From Coleofasciculus sp. B1-GNL1-01 (GTDB lineage Bacteria > Cyanobacteriota > Cyanobacteriia > Cyanobacteriales > Coleofasciculaceae), in assembly GCA_040220235.1 (NCBI GenBank), contig JAVJTO010000146.1: 15,848 bases of DNA. One strand, 5' to 3'. Below are positions 1 through 8,747 of this stretch, piece after piece. Within the stretch, counting starts at the first letter, position 1, and each line of letters begins with the position of its first letter. A model generated the notes under the pieces. It saw nothing but the letters and a program-made list of their open reading frames with translations, ran no database searches and had not been told where the DNA came from. Made by a program: the position numbers and the translations under genes.

Positions 1-125
1 ATCGGCTTTTTGAATCCATTGAAGAGTTAGAATCTTTGTTGCATCAACTTTTAAATGAAGACAAGCTAGTTATTAATTGGGGGCGGAAACTGAAAAATAA
101 GGGTAATGCTCTTATCACAGTTTAA
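1..125 (+). CDS. IS630-family transposase, C-terminal fragment (5' part outside window)
   Basis: Frame from nt 3 reads RLFESIEELESLLHQLLNEDKLVINWGRKLKNKGNALITV then TAA (123-125). This resembles the C-terminus of cyanobacterial IS630 transposases as I recall them. The stop lies inside a putative TA-ending terminal repeat. Not in the ORF track. Confidence 0.7.
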   Translation, partial: RLFESIEELESLLHQLLNEDKLVINWGRKLKNKGNALITV

Positions 126-140
126 ATGCATAACAGCTTA
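1..140 (+). mobile_element. Right end of IS630-type insertion sequence; terminal sequence TTTAAATGCATAACAGCTTA (121-140)
   Basis: Transposase tail runs into a 20-bp end finishing in TA, the IS630 target dinucleotide. The left end is not visible. Confidence 0.65.
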
Positions 141-170
141 ATTAAGCTGATTAATATTTAAACCGATCGC

Positions 171-887
171 ATGAGTCACTCAATTCACTCAAATTCTGCC
201 TTGATTCTTATTGTTGATGATGACCGATTTACGCGGATCATGCTGCGTCACATCATCGAAAAAGAGGGTAACAGAGTCGAAGAAGTAGAGAATGGAGAAT
301 AATGCCTTGCGACTTACGCCCAGCTACAACCGAATATGGTACTGCTTGATGCCATGATGCCAGAGATGGATGGTTTTACCTGTTGCCGCAAACTGCAAGC
401 CTTGATGGGTAGCGATCGCACTCCTATTTTAATGATTACGGGATTGGATGACCAAACCTCGGTGGATCGGGCGTTTGAAGCGGGTGCGGTGGATTATGTG
501 ACTAAACCGATTCACGCCCCCGTGTTACGGCGACGAGTGCGTCGTTTGCTGGAAGCGAGTTGGGCTAAATTAGCCGGAGAGGAACTCACCCCTCAAACGC
601 CAGATTGCTGTTACCAAGTTCGCTATTTATCAAAAAATGGGACGGTAGCCTATATTGAAGTATATGCCCGCCTACTCTTAAATGAAAATGGGACTCTCAG
701 AGGAATTTCCGGCACACTCAATGATATCACTGAACGCAAGCAAGCAGAGGAAGAATTACAGCGTCAAAATCAGATATTGCAACAGGAATTAAATCAAGCC
801 GCCGACTACGTGCGATCGCTCTTACCGCGTCCCCGACTGTTGCCTATTCCCTGTTGCCTCTCCCCACCACAAGACGATGACCAATGA
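171..887 (+). pseudogene. Degenerate response regulator: REC, partial PAS/PAC, and the first residues of a SpoIIE/PP2C phosphatase
   Basis: ATG 171 gives MSHSIHSNSALILIVDDDRFTRIML...VENGE, then in-frame TAA at 300-302 (probably CAA>TAA). The same frame continues CLATYAQLQPNMVLLDAMMPEMDG (ORF 336..887). After REC only a PAC-like half remains (..GTLNDITERKQAEEEL). ELNQAADYVRSLLP, typical of the linker into cyanobacterial SpoIIE domains, then breaks into low-complexity sequence. Confidence 0.85.
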
Positions 888-1887
888 AAACAAACACCAA
901 GCAGACACCCGAAATCGTACCACCTTCAGTCCTCAACCCTCAGCCTTCTGCTTGCTCATCCTCAGTCTGCTCCTGCCTTTAACAAGCTGTGCCAGAACGG
1001 AAACGGAAATAGCTGAATCTCCACCAACGTCCTCTGTAGAAACCACCGTTGTGCAACACGTCACCGGAGAACCTGTCAGAGTAGGAATTCTTGCTATTGA
1101 TAGTGCCGTATCTGTCAACGAACGGTATAGTCCTTTATTGAACTATCTCTCTGAAGTTACGGGTCGTCCCGTTGAATTGATACCCTTAACCCAGGAAAGT
1201 CAATTTACGGAAGTAGCAGAGGGAAATCTGGATTTTACCCTGAATAATCCCCTCGCTGCTGTCCAAATTCGTCGGCTCTACAATACCGAATTTCTCACCA
1301 CCCATGTTCGCCCCCAAACGGGTGCAGAATTTAGTGCCTTAATTATCGTCAAGCGGGATAGTGACATTCAAACCCTGGAAGACTTACGGGGAAAGACAGC
1401 CGCCTGCGTGGATTTTGAAACCGCTGCGGCGGGTTGTATTTTTCAAATCTATCATCTACAGCAAAACGGTATCGATCCATTTACTGAATTTAGTAGTTTT
1501 GTAGAAAATAAATCCCAAGATAACATTGTATTAGCGGTTCTCAATGGCACAATTGATGTCGGGTTTGTTCGGACTGGGCAATTGGAAAAAATGGTTAACA
1601 AAGGATTAATAAACAGTACCGATGAGGTTAAAATTATTAACCCAGCCAACGACAATTTCTACTACAAACATACCACGGCGCTCTATCCAGAGTGGTCTTT
1701 GGCGGCGCTCCCGGATACTGACCCACAACTCGTGGACAAGGTTAAGGATGCACTGCTGAATATCCCCGCCAATCATCCTGCTTTAACGGCTGCTCGATTA
1801 GAGAAATTTGCGCCAGCCGCCGACTATTCCGAACTCGATCGCCTAATTGAAACCTTAAAGCTCAAAAGCTGGAACGCCAAGCCTTAG
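877..1887 (+). CDS. PhnD/SsuA/transferrin-fold (phosphate/phosphite/phosphonate-type) substrate-binding lipoprotein, TtrS-sensor-domain-like
   Basis: Lipobox LTSC (Cys38, codon 988-990) after a hydrophobic stretch. Motifs [67 protein letters not shown]. Confidence 0.85.
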   Translation: MTNENKHQADTRNRTTFSPQPSAFCLLILSLLLPLTSCARTETEIAESPPTSSVETTVVQHVTGEPVRVGILAIDSAVSVNERYSPLLNYLSEVTGRPVELIPLTQESQFTEVAEGNLDFTLNNPLAAVQIRRLYNTEFLTTHVRPQTGAEFSALIIVKRDSDIQTLEDLRGKTAACVDFETAAAGCIFQIYHLQQNGIDPFTEFSSFVENKSQDNIVLAVLNGTIDVGFVRTGQLEKMVNKGLINSTDEVKIINPANDNFYYKHTTALYPEWSLAALPDTDPQLVDKVKDALLNIPANHPALTAARLEKFAPAADYSELDRLIETLKLKSWNAKP

Positions 1888-1918
1888 TTCAACGGGAACT
1901 GTACTAGAGACGCCGACG

Positions 1919-4900
1919 ATGACTCTCAAACGGAAAACATTAGGCAAGTGGAATCAAAGCATTACTCTCCGCTATCTGGGAATTGCCAGTAGTGTCTTAG
2001 TTGTCAGCCAATTACTCTTTGGCGTTTTGCAGATCAACAGACGATTTACTGTTCAGTTAACCAACCTTGAGCAACGAGCCGAAGATCAGGCTGAATTTTT
2101 AAGCGCCGTCAGTCCAGAAGCCGTTCTCGATTGGGACTTTTTGACTCTAGAACGGTTGATGAAACAAACCAATGTGGATGATGATATTGTCTACAGCGTC
2201 GTTCTTGATTCAGAGGGAAAACCGTTAACTCGGTTTATCAATCAGGATGAACCAATTGTAGCAGAAGCGATGGAGTTTACGGCGTCTGAAGGTGATCTCC
2301 TTGCCCTGATTTCTGCTGTCGCACAGAACCCCGTCGTGCGCGAATTCCGCAAACCCATTGTTTCTGGGGGTCGATCCCTGGGAGAAATTCGCCTCGGCTA
2401 TTCTATTGCTAATGTTCAACAAGAGTTATACCACTCGGCAGTCACCACGTTAATTGCCTCCATTTCAATTAGTATTTTGCTGGCAACCGTGACGATTATC
2501 CTGTTTAATCGACAAGTTCGTTGTCCATTGCAAGAGTTAGCGGAACTTGCACAAGCCCTAGCTAACGGTGAACTGAATCGCCGTGCTGATATTACCCACA
2601 ATGACGAAATCGGGCAACTAAAAGCCGCATTTAACCGCATGGCGGGTCAACTGCAACAAACCCTGGAAGGGTTACAGCAGCGGATTATTGAGCGTGAGCA
2701 AGCGGAAGCCCAGTTACAGCAGACGGCAATCGAGTTAGCTCGAACTCGGGATGAAGCCTTAGCCGCCACCCGCGCCAAAGGGGATTTTCTGGCAACGATG
2801 AGTCACGAAATCCGCACGCCGATGAATGGGGTGATTGGCATGACTGGATTGCTTTTAGATACCCAACTTACTCCCCGGCAGCAGGAATTCACCGAAACCA
2901 TTCGCAATTGCGGTGATGCGCTGCTGGTCATTATTAATGATATCCTAGACTTTTCTAAGATTGAATCGGGCAAGCTGGATTTAGAAGAACACCCCTTTGA
3001 TCTGCGAACTTGTATTGAAGAAGCCCTCGACTTACTGGCGCCCAGAGCTGCCCAGAAAAAATTGGAATTGGCTTATCTGATTAAACCTGGGACGCCCGAC
3101 CGAATTATCGGGGATGTTACCCGCTTGCGGCAAATCTTGGTCAACTTATTGGGAAATGCGATTAAATTTACCCAGGACGGGGAAGTAACGGTTGAAGTCA
3201 ATGCCAAAGAATTCGGGACTGAAGCGTTACCGATATCTGCTGCGACTTGCCCGAATTACAAGATTCAGTTTGCAATTAAGGATACAGGCATTGGCATTCC
3301 TGGCGATCGCCTTCCCCTGCTCTTTCAGTCCTTTAGTCAAGTGGATTCCTCAACCTCACGCCAATATGGGGGTACAGGATTAGGATTAGCCATCAGCAAA
3401 CGTCTCAGCGAAATGATGGGGGGGACAACATGGGTAGAGAGTCAGGTGGGAGTTGGCTCGACGTTTTATTTTACGATTGTGGCAGAGTCTATTGCCGAGT
3501 TGGGGGATAATATCTCCACCCCTCAACCTCAGCTAGCGGGACGGCGAGTCCTGATCGTCGATGATAACGCCACAAACCGACAAATTTTGACGCTGCAAAC
3601 CCAGTCCTGGGGAATGATCCCCCAAACGGTTGAGTCTGGGGAAGATGCGCTGACGCGAATGGCTCAGGAGGAGGATTTCGAGTTAGCAATTTTAGATATG
3701 CAAATGCCGGGAATGGATGGCTTAACCCTGGCTGCTGCGATTCACCAACAGCCCAAGTATCAGCAATTACCGTTAATGATGCTCACCTCATTGGGGGGTG
3801 CGGAAGGACTATCGGGATTAGCGAAGGCGAAGTTGGCGGCATTTCTGAACAAACCCGTGAAGCAGTCGCAACTCTACGAGACATTAATTCAAGTGTTTAG
3901 TGGTCAACCCCACAAAATCACGCGATCGCGTACCCAATCCCTCCAACTTGACGCTACCTTGGCACAGCGGCTACCCCTGCGAATTTTAGTCGCGGAAGAC
4001 AATATGGTGAACCAACAGTTAGCGCTACAACTGCTGCGACGGATGGGGTATCGAGCCGATATTGCTGCCAATGGTTTAGAAGTGCTAGAAGCCTTGCAGC
4101 GTCAGCCCTACGATGTGGTCTTCATGGACGTACACATGCCGGACATGGATGGGTTAACTGCCACGCAACACATCTGCCAAACCTGGGACACAGCCGCCCG
4201 CCCTCGGATTATTGCCATGACAGCCAATGCCATGCAAGGCGATCGGGAAAAATGTCTTCGTGCTGGTATGGATGACTATATTAGCAAGCCGATTCGGGTT
4301 GAGGAATTGGTTCGAGCGTTGCATGAATGTTTGCCACGAGAGGATGAGGGAGCTGAGGAAGCTGGGGAAGCTGGGGGAGCTGGGGGAGCTGGGGGAGCTG
4401 GGGGAGCTGGGGAAGCTGGGGGAGCTGGGGGAGCTGGGGGAGCTGGGGGAGCTGGGGGAGCTGAGGAAGCTGGGGGAGCTGGGATTGTTGCCATGACAGC
4501 TAATGCCATGGAAGGCGATAGTAGCAAGTCGATTCACGTTAAAGAATCAGTTCAAGTCTTGAACCCGTCTGTGCCAAAACAGGAGACAATAGAACCAGCA
4601 CCCACGAGTCAAGCGGCGTTAAACCTGGAGGTTCTACAAGCCTTTCGAGCCGCAATCGGAGATGCTGCCTCAGACTGTTTAGCGCAATTAATTGATATTT
4701 TCTTAACCGAAACTCCGACGTTAATCCAAGCGATGGAAACCGCGATCGTCCAGAGCGATGCAGCAGGGTTAGAACAGTCCGCTCATACTCTCAAATCGAG
4801 CAGCGCGTCTCTAGGGGCAATCACGTTCTCAGAGTACTGCAAAAATTTAGAAAAACTGGGACAAGGTGATCAATTAACCACCGCGTCTGAGATTATGTCC

Positions 4901-4963
4901 CCGCTTAAGTTTGAGTATGAACGAGTTAAAGTCGAATTGATGGATATCAAGGGCTGGAGGTGA
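1919..4963 (+). CDS. Membrane-bound multistep hybrid histidine kinase (TM-periplasmic domain-TM-HAMP-HisKA-HATPase-REC-REC-repeat linker-Hpt)
   Basis: Two hydrophobic segments; HAMP ([14 protein letters not shown]); H-box [12 protein letters not shown]-box [11 protein letters not shown]-boxes DTGIG and GGTGLGL; REC aspartates in LAILDMQMP and VVFMDVHMP; Hpt AHTLKSSS. Confidence 0.95.
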   Translation: MTLKRKTLGKWNQSITLRYLGIASSVLVVSQLLFGVLQINRRFTVQLTNLEQRAEDQAEFLSAVSPEAVLDWDFLTLERLMKQTNVDDDIVYSVVLDSEGKPLTRFINQDEPIVAEAMEFTASEGDLLALISAVAQNPVVREFRKPIVSGGRSLGEIRLGYSIANVQQELYHSAVTTLIASISISILLATVTIILFNRQVRCPLQELAELAQALANGELNRRADITHNDEIGQLKAAFNRMAGQLQQTLEGLQQRIIEREQAEAQLQQTAIELARTRDEALAATRAKGDFLATMSHEIRTPMNGVIGMTGLLLDTQLTPRQQEFTETIRNCGDALLVIINDILDFSKIESGKLDLEEHPFDLRTCIEEALDLLAPRAAQKKLELAYLIKPGTPDRIIGDVTRLRQILVNLLGNAIKFTQDGEVTVEVNAKEFGTEALPISAATCPNYKIQFAIKDTGIGIPGDRLPLLFQSFSQVDSSTSRQYGGTGLGLAISKRLSEMMGGTTWVESQVGVGSTFYFTIVAESIAELGDNISTPQPQLAGRRVLIVDDNATNRQILTLQTQSWGMIPQTVESGEDALTRMAQEEDFELAILDMQMPGMDGLTLAAAIHQQPKYQQLPLMMLTSLGGAEGLSGLAKAKLAAFLNKPVKQSQLYETLIQVFSGQPHKITRSRTQSLQLDATLAQRLPLRILVAEDNMVNQQLALQLLRRMGYRADIAANGLEVLEALQRQPYDVVFMDVHMPDMDGLTATQHICQTWDTAARPRIIAMTANAMQGDREKCLRAGMDDYISKPIRVEELVRALHECLPREDEGAEEAGEAGGAGGAGGAGGAGEAGGAGGAGGAGGAGGAEEAGGAGIVAMTANAMEGDSSKSIHVKESVQVLNPSVPKQETIEPAPTSQAALNLEVLQAFRAAIGDAASDCLAQLIDIFLTETPTLIQAMETAIVQSDAAGLEQSAHTLKSSSASLGAITFSEYCKNLEKLGQGDQLTTASEIMSPLKFEYERVKVELMDIKGWR
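4349..4483 (+). repeat. In-frame tandem array of 15 x 9-bp units G(G/A)AGCTG(G/A)G encoding (GAG/EAG/GAE)n
   Basis: Counted directly: 135 bp, frame-preserving. The same unit occurs intergenically at 10496-10549. Confidence 0.97.
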
Positions 4964-4967
4964 AGGC

Positions 4968-5107
4968 TAAGTAGGTGGACACAATAAAAGCTAACAGTGG
5001 AGAACTCGCTCCCTTGAGAAGCAAGCTACGTCATTCGTCCTTTGTAAGGGTTTGAGGCTTGTTTACAAAACTTAGTACAGTGCTGTTTTCTTTTGTCCGA
5101 CTACTTA
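4968..5107. mobile_element. 140-bp TA-flanked MITE (IS630-like ends)
   Basis: Left end TAAGTAGGTGGACACAATAAAA versus reverse complement of right end TAAGTAGTCGGACAAAAGAAAA: 18/22 identical. Both ends terminate in TA. A near-identical right end recurs at 8524-8540. Confidence 0.75.
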
Positions 5108-5202
5108 TAGCCAAAGATGGTACCAAAAAGAAGACAGGCAGTAAAGCAAAAGGAGATAATGATTGTATAGGTAGACATGATACAACTCTCAACCCGATAC
5201 AG

Positions 5203-8157
5203 ATGCCTCCCTTACCTAGCAATGAAGCCGATCGACTCAAAGCACTTGAACGATATCATATTCTCGATACGTTGCCAGAAAAGGCATTTGACGATTTAAC
5301 CAAGATGGCGGCGTACATCTGTGACGCTCCCATTGCCTTAATTAGCCTTCTCGATGCCACTCGGCAGTGGTTTAAGTCAAAGGTGGGTATAGATGCTACC
5401 CAAACCCCCAAAGAACAGGCGTTCTGCGCTCATGCGATTCTGAAGCCAGATCAGGTGTTAATGGTTCCGAATGCCCTAGATGATGAGCGGTTTGCCCAGA
5501 ACCCTTTAGTCACCTCTGAACCCAACATCCGTTTTTATGCTGGGACTCCTCTTGTCACTCCCGATGGTTTTGCGTTGGGTACTCTTTGCGTAATTGACCA
5601 AGTGCCGCGCCAGTTGACTCCAGAACAGATAGAAGCCCTAGAAGCCTTGGGGCGTCAAGTGATCGCTCAAATTGAGTTACGACTGAATGTTGATAAATTA
5701 GAACGCCAGATGCAAGCCTTACAAAAGGCTGAAAACAATTACCGCAGTATTTTTGAGAATGCGGTTGAGGGAATCTATCAAACCACACCCGATGGGCATT
5801 ATATTAGCGCGAATCCTGCCCTCGCCCGGATATATGGCTATGCCTCAGCCGCCGAGTTAATCGCTTCGGTTACCGATATTGGACAACAGCTTTACGTTGA
5901 CCCCTCAAAACGGGCTGAGTTTATCAACCGGATGCAGCAACAGGGAGCAGTATCTCACTTTGAAGTTCAAGTCTATCGGCGCGATGGGAGCTTGATCTGG
6001 ATTATGGAAAATGCCCGGGCGGTTCGCGATCGCAAGGGGACATTACTCTATTATGAAGGCTCCGTCGAAGATATTACTCAGCAAAAGCAAGCCCAAACCG
6101 CCCTAGAACAGCAAAATCGGATGCTGCAAGACGCCAGACAAGTCGCCGAAAAAGCCAATAAAGCCAAAAGCGAATTCCTGGCAATGATGAGCCACGAGAT
6201 CCGCACCCCGATGAATGGTGTAATCGGGATGACGGGATTGCTTCTGGATACCGAACTGACCCCAGATCAGCGCCATTTTGCCGAAACCATCCGCAACAGT
6301 GGTGATACACTGCTGACAATCATCAACGATATTCTCGACTTCTCCAAAATTGAGTCGGGCAAGTTGGATTTGGAAGAACAACCCTTTGAACTCAGAGACT
6401 GTATTGAAGACGCACTGGATTTACTGGCGGCGAAAGCGGCGGCGAAAAAACTAGAGTTAGGCTATCGCTTCGACTCGTCAATTCCTGATCAGGTGAGGGG
6501 AGATGTGACGCGAGTCCGCCAAATTTTAGTGAATTTATTAAGTAATGCGATTAAATTTACCGCAGCCGGAGAAATAGTGGTTTCGGTGACAGGGCGGAAA
6601 TTGGAGAGTGAGGCAGATTCTCACCCAGACTCCAATCGTTACCACATTCAATTTGCGGTTAACGATACAGGGATTGGTATCGCTCCCCAACGGATGCACC
6701 GCTTATTCAAGCCATTCAGTCAAGTGGATTCCTCCACCAGCCGCCAATATGGGGGGACAGGGTTAGGATTAGCGATTTGCAAACAGTTGAGTGCGATGAT
6801 GGGCGGTACGATGTGGGTGGAAAGTCACGGCACTGTGGCGGGTAATCCTCCTGCGGGTTGGCAACTATCGGCGGAACAGCCATCTGAGTCAGGTTCAACC
6901 TTCTATTTCATGATCACGGTTGAGTCAGTGGCGGGTGCTGTAGCACAGACAGTTTACTCTCCATCCTGTCTCTCTGGGAAGCGGCTGTTAATTATAGATG
7001 ATAACGCCACGAACCGGGACTTTTTAAGCCGACAAGCAGAGGCTTGGTCAATGGTAACGAATACAGCATCCTCAGCGACAGAGGCGATCGCCTTAATTGA
7101 ACAAAAGCCACCCTTTGATTTAGCCATTCTGGATATGCAGATGCCGCAAGTCGATGGTTTGAGTTTAGCCGCTACCCTGCGTCAGCGCCCTGATTGTCAG
7201 CAGTTACCGCTGATTATGCTCACCTCCATTGGCATCCCAGAAAAGGAGTTGAATGCTGCCCAGGTTGATTTTGCGGCTTTCTTGAATAAACCGATTAAAC
7301 AGTCTCAACTGTACAGTGTTTTGGTTCAAACCTTAGGGGGAGTGCCAACTAAGGTTAAATCCTGCCGTTCTCAGGGGGTTAAACTCGACTCGCAAATGGC
7401 ATCGCGACTACCCCGGCGCATTTTAGTGGCGGAGGACAATCTGGTGAATCAACTGTTAGCGGTGCGGTTATTGCAGCGGATGGGTTATCGAGCCGATGTG
7501 GTGGGTGACGGGCTTGAAGCTCTGGAAGCCTTGCATCGTCAACCTTATGATATGGTATTTATGGATGTCCAGATGCCGCACATGGATGGTTTGGAAGCCA
7601 CGCAACGCATCTGCCAAACTTGGGATGCTGCCACCCGTCCTCGAATTATTGCGATGACAGCTAATGCCATGGAAGGCGATCGTCAAGAGTGTTTGAATGC
7701 TGGTATGGATGATTATATCAGCAAGCCGATTCGTGTGGATGAATTGGTGCGAGTCTTGAACCAGTCTGTGCCAAACCAGGAGACGATAGAACCCGCACCA
7801 AGACGTGAAGCGGCGCTTGACCTTGAGGTTCTGCAAGCCTTGCGAGAAAATCTTGGAGAGGGTGCATCAGCATGTTTGGCTCAATTAATTACGGTTTTCT
7901 TAGCCGAAACTCCAGCATTAATCCAAGGGATGGAGACAGCCATTGTTCAGGGAGATGCAACCGGGCTAGAAGCATCCGCCCATACTCTCAAGTCAAGCAG
8001 TGCGTCTCTAGGGGCAATACCGTTTTCGGAATATTGCGAAAAGTTAGAAAGAATGGGAGAAAATGAGCAATTAACCACCGCTTCCGAGGTTGTGTCGCGA
8101 CTGAAGCGGGAGTTTGAACGAGTCAAAGCGGCATTAAGGGAGATTAAGGTCGAGTAA
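5203..8157 (+). CDS. Cytoplasmic multistep hybrid histidine kinase (GAF-PAS/PAC-HisKA-HATPase-REC-REC-Hpt)
   Basis: GAF ([32 protein letters not shown]); PAS ([21 protein letters not shown]); H-box [11 protein letters not shown]; two REC domains; Hpt AHTLKSSS. Start placed at ATG 5203 because the ORF-track TTG at 5059 lies inside the MITE; exact start uncertain. Confidence 0.93.
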   Translation: MPPLPSNEADRLKALERYHILDTLPEKAFDDLTKMAAYICDAPIALISLLDATRQWFKSKVGIDATQTPKEQAFCAHAILKPDQVLMVPNALDDERFAQNPLVTSEPNIRFYAGTPLVTPDGFALGTLCVIDQVPRQLTPEQIEALEALGRQVIAQIELRLNVDKLERQMQALQKAENNYRSIFENAVEGIYQTTPDGHYISANPALARIYGYASAAELIASVTDIGQQLYVDPSKRAEFINRMQQQGAVSHFEVQVYRRDGSLIWIMENARAVRDRKGTLLYYEGSVEDITQQKQAQTALEQQNRMLQDARQVAEKANKAKSEFLAMMSHEIRTPMNGVIGMTGLLLDTELTPDQRHFAETIRNSGDTLLTIINDILDFSKIESGKLDLEEQPFELRDCIEDALDLLAAKAAAKKLELGYRFDSSIPDQVRGDVTRVRQILVNLLSNAIKFTAAGEIVVSVTGRKLESEADSHPDSNRYHIQFAVNDTGIGIAPQRMHRLFKPFSQVDSSTSRQYGGTGLGLAICKQLSAMMGGTMWVESHGTVAGNPPAGWQLSAEQPSESGSTFYFMITVESVAGAVAQTVYSPSCLSGKRLLIIDDNATNRDFLSRQAEAWSMVTNTASSATEAIALIEQKPPFDLAILDMQMPQVDGLSLAATLRQRPDCQQLPLIMLTSIGIPEKELNAAQVDFAAFLNKPIKQSQLYSVLVQTLGGVPTKVKSCRSQGVKLDSQMASRLPRRILVAEDNLVNQLLAVRLLQRMGYRADVVGDGLEALEALHRQPYDMVFMDVQMPHMDGLEATQRICQTWDAATRPRIIAMTANAMEGDRQECLNAGMDDYISKPIRVDELVRVLNQSVPNQETIEPAPRREAALDLEVLQALRENLGEGASACLAQLITVFLAETPALIQGMETAIVQGDATGLEASAHTLKSSSASLGAIPFSEYCEKLERMGENEQLTTASEVVSRLKREFERVKAALREIKVE

Positions 8158-8178
8158 AGGCAGGGTGTGGGGTGTAGA

Positions 8179-8273
8179 GTAGGGGTGGGTTTAGGGACAA
8201 TCTGTAGGGGCGGGTTTAGGGACAATCTGTAGGGGCGGGTTTAGGGACAATTTGTAGGGGCGGGTTTAGGGAC
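8179..8273 (+). repeat. Four tandem copies, 25-bp period, of GTAGGGGCGGGTTTAGGGACAATCT (REP left arm)
   Basis: Copies start at 8179, 8204, 8229 and 8254, with no spacers. Confidence 0.95.
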
Positions 8274-8666
8274 TAAAATCGGCTACTCGGAACTAACTGA
8301 AAAACAAAACCCGCCCTCCTCTTGTGCAAGAATGCCACCAGAATACTACAAAAACAATGAGTTCGTAGTAGTCACGAAGTTATTGGTTGGGTTCAAAGTT
8401 TTGGCAGGGCGGGTTTTGAATGAAATGGAGTGATTTCCCCGTTACGTGAGTTCCTAAACCCGCCCCTACATTTGGATTGGCTGGTAGATATAGCACTACG
8501 CACTAAGGTTAGGACAAATTAAATTTTGTCTGACTACTTAGGCTAGATTCTAGGATACATTTACTGCCGGGTAAAGATGGAGAGAAGGGCGGGTTTTGGA
8601 TGAAATGTAGTGATTTCCCCGTTGCGCGAGTTCCTAAACCCGCCCCTACATTTGGATTGGCTGGTA
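8254..8666. repeat. Cluster of GTAG-type REP-like palindromic units
   Basis: Forward unit GTAGGGGCGGGTTT...AAAACCCGCCC (8254-8316). Two reverse units GGGCGGGTTTTG...CTAAACCCGCCCCTAC lie within 81-bp direct repeats 8406-8486 and 8586-8666 (4 mismatches, 180-bp offset). Confidence 0.85.
8489..8540. mobile_element. Remnant of MITE ends (TATAGCACTACGC... joined to ...TTTTGTCTGACTACTTA)
   Basis: 8524-8540 matches the right end of the 4968-5107 MITE at 16/17. The left part begins TATAGCA, like the end at 15708. Confidence 0.5.
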
Positions 8667-8747
8667 AGGAATCCTCGTGCGTTGACACCGGGGAGGATCT
8701 AAAATAAACAAAAGTAGAGTCAGGAGCCAGTTTACTGGGAGTCGCCT

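Noticed and set aside
877..1887. phnD/ptxB of an ABC uptake operon
   Set aside because: No permease or ATPase nearby and the STSG motif is absent, so the gene symbol is withheld.
4154..4537. Alternative ORFs 4154..4537(-), 4227..4496(+), 4276..4527(-)
   Set aside because: By-products of the stop-free 9-bp array inside the kinase gene.
5059..5202. ORF-track N-terminus of kinase 2
   Set aside because: The TTG lies within the MITE and the extension does not resemble a domain; GAF similarity begins near 5203.
5203..5690. Phytochrome/cyanobacteriochrome GAF
   Set aside because: No DIP or DxCF motif and no bilin-binding CH context; it looks like a generic GAF.
7468..8225. Short antisense or shifted ORFs within the kinases and other long genes
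   Set aside because: Shadows of well-supported genes with no independent evidence.
8187..8271. Plant-type telomere repeat TTTAGGG
   Set aside because: It occurs once per 25-bp REP unit, not as a tandem heptamer tract, and the context is bacterial.
8179..8666. CRISPR array
   Set aside because: The 25-bp repeats abut with no unique spacers, the longer repeats number only two, and there are no cas genes in the window.
8682..8705. Sigma70 promoter TTGACA...TAAAAT for hflX
   Set aside because: The spacer is only 12 bp.
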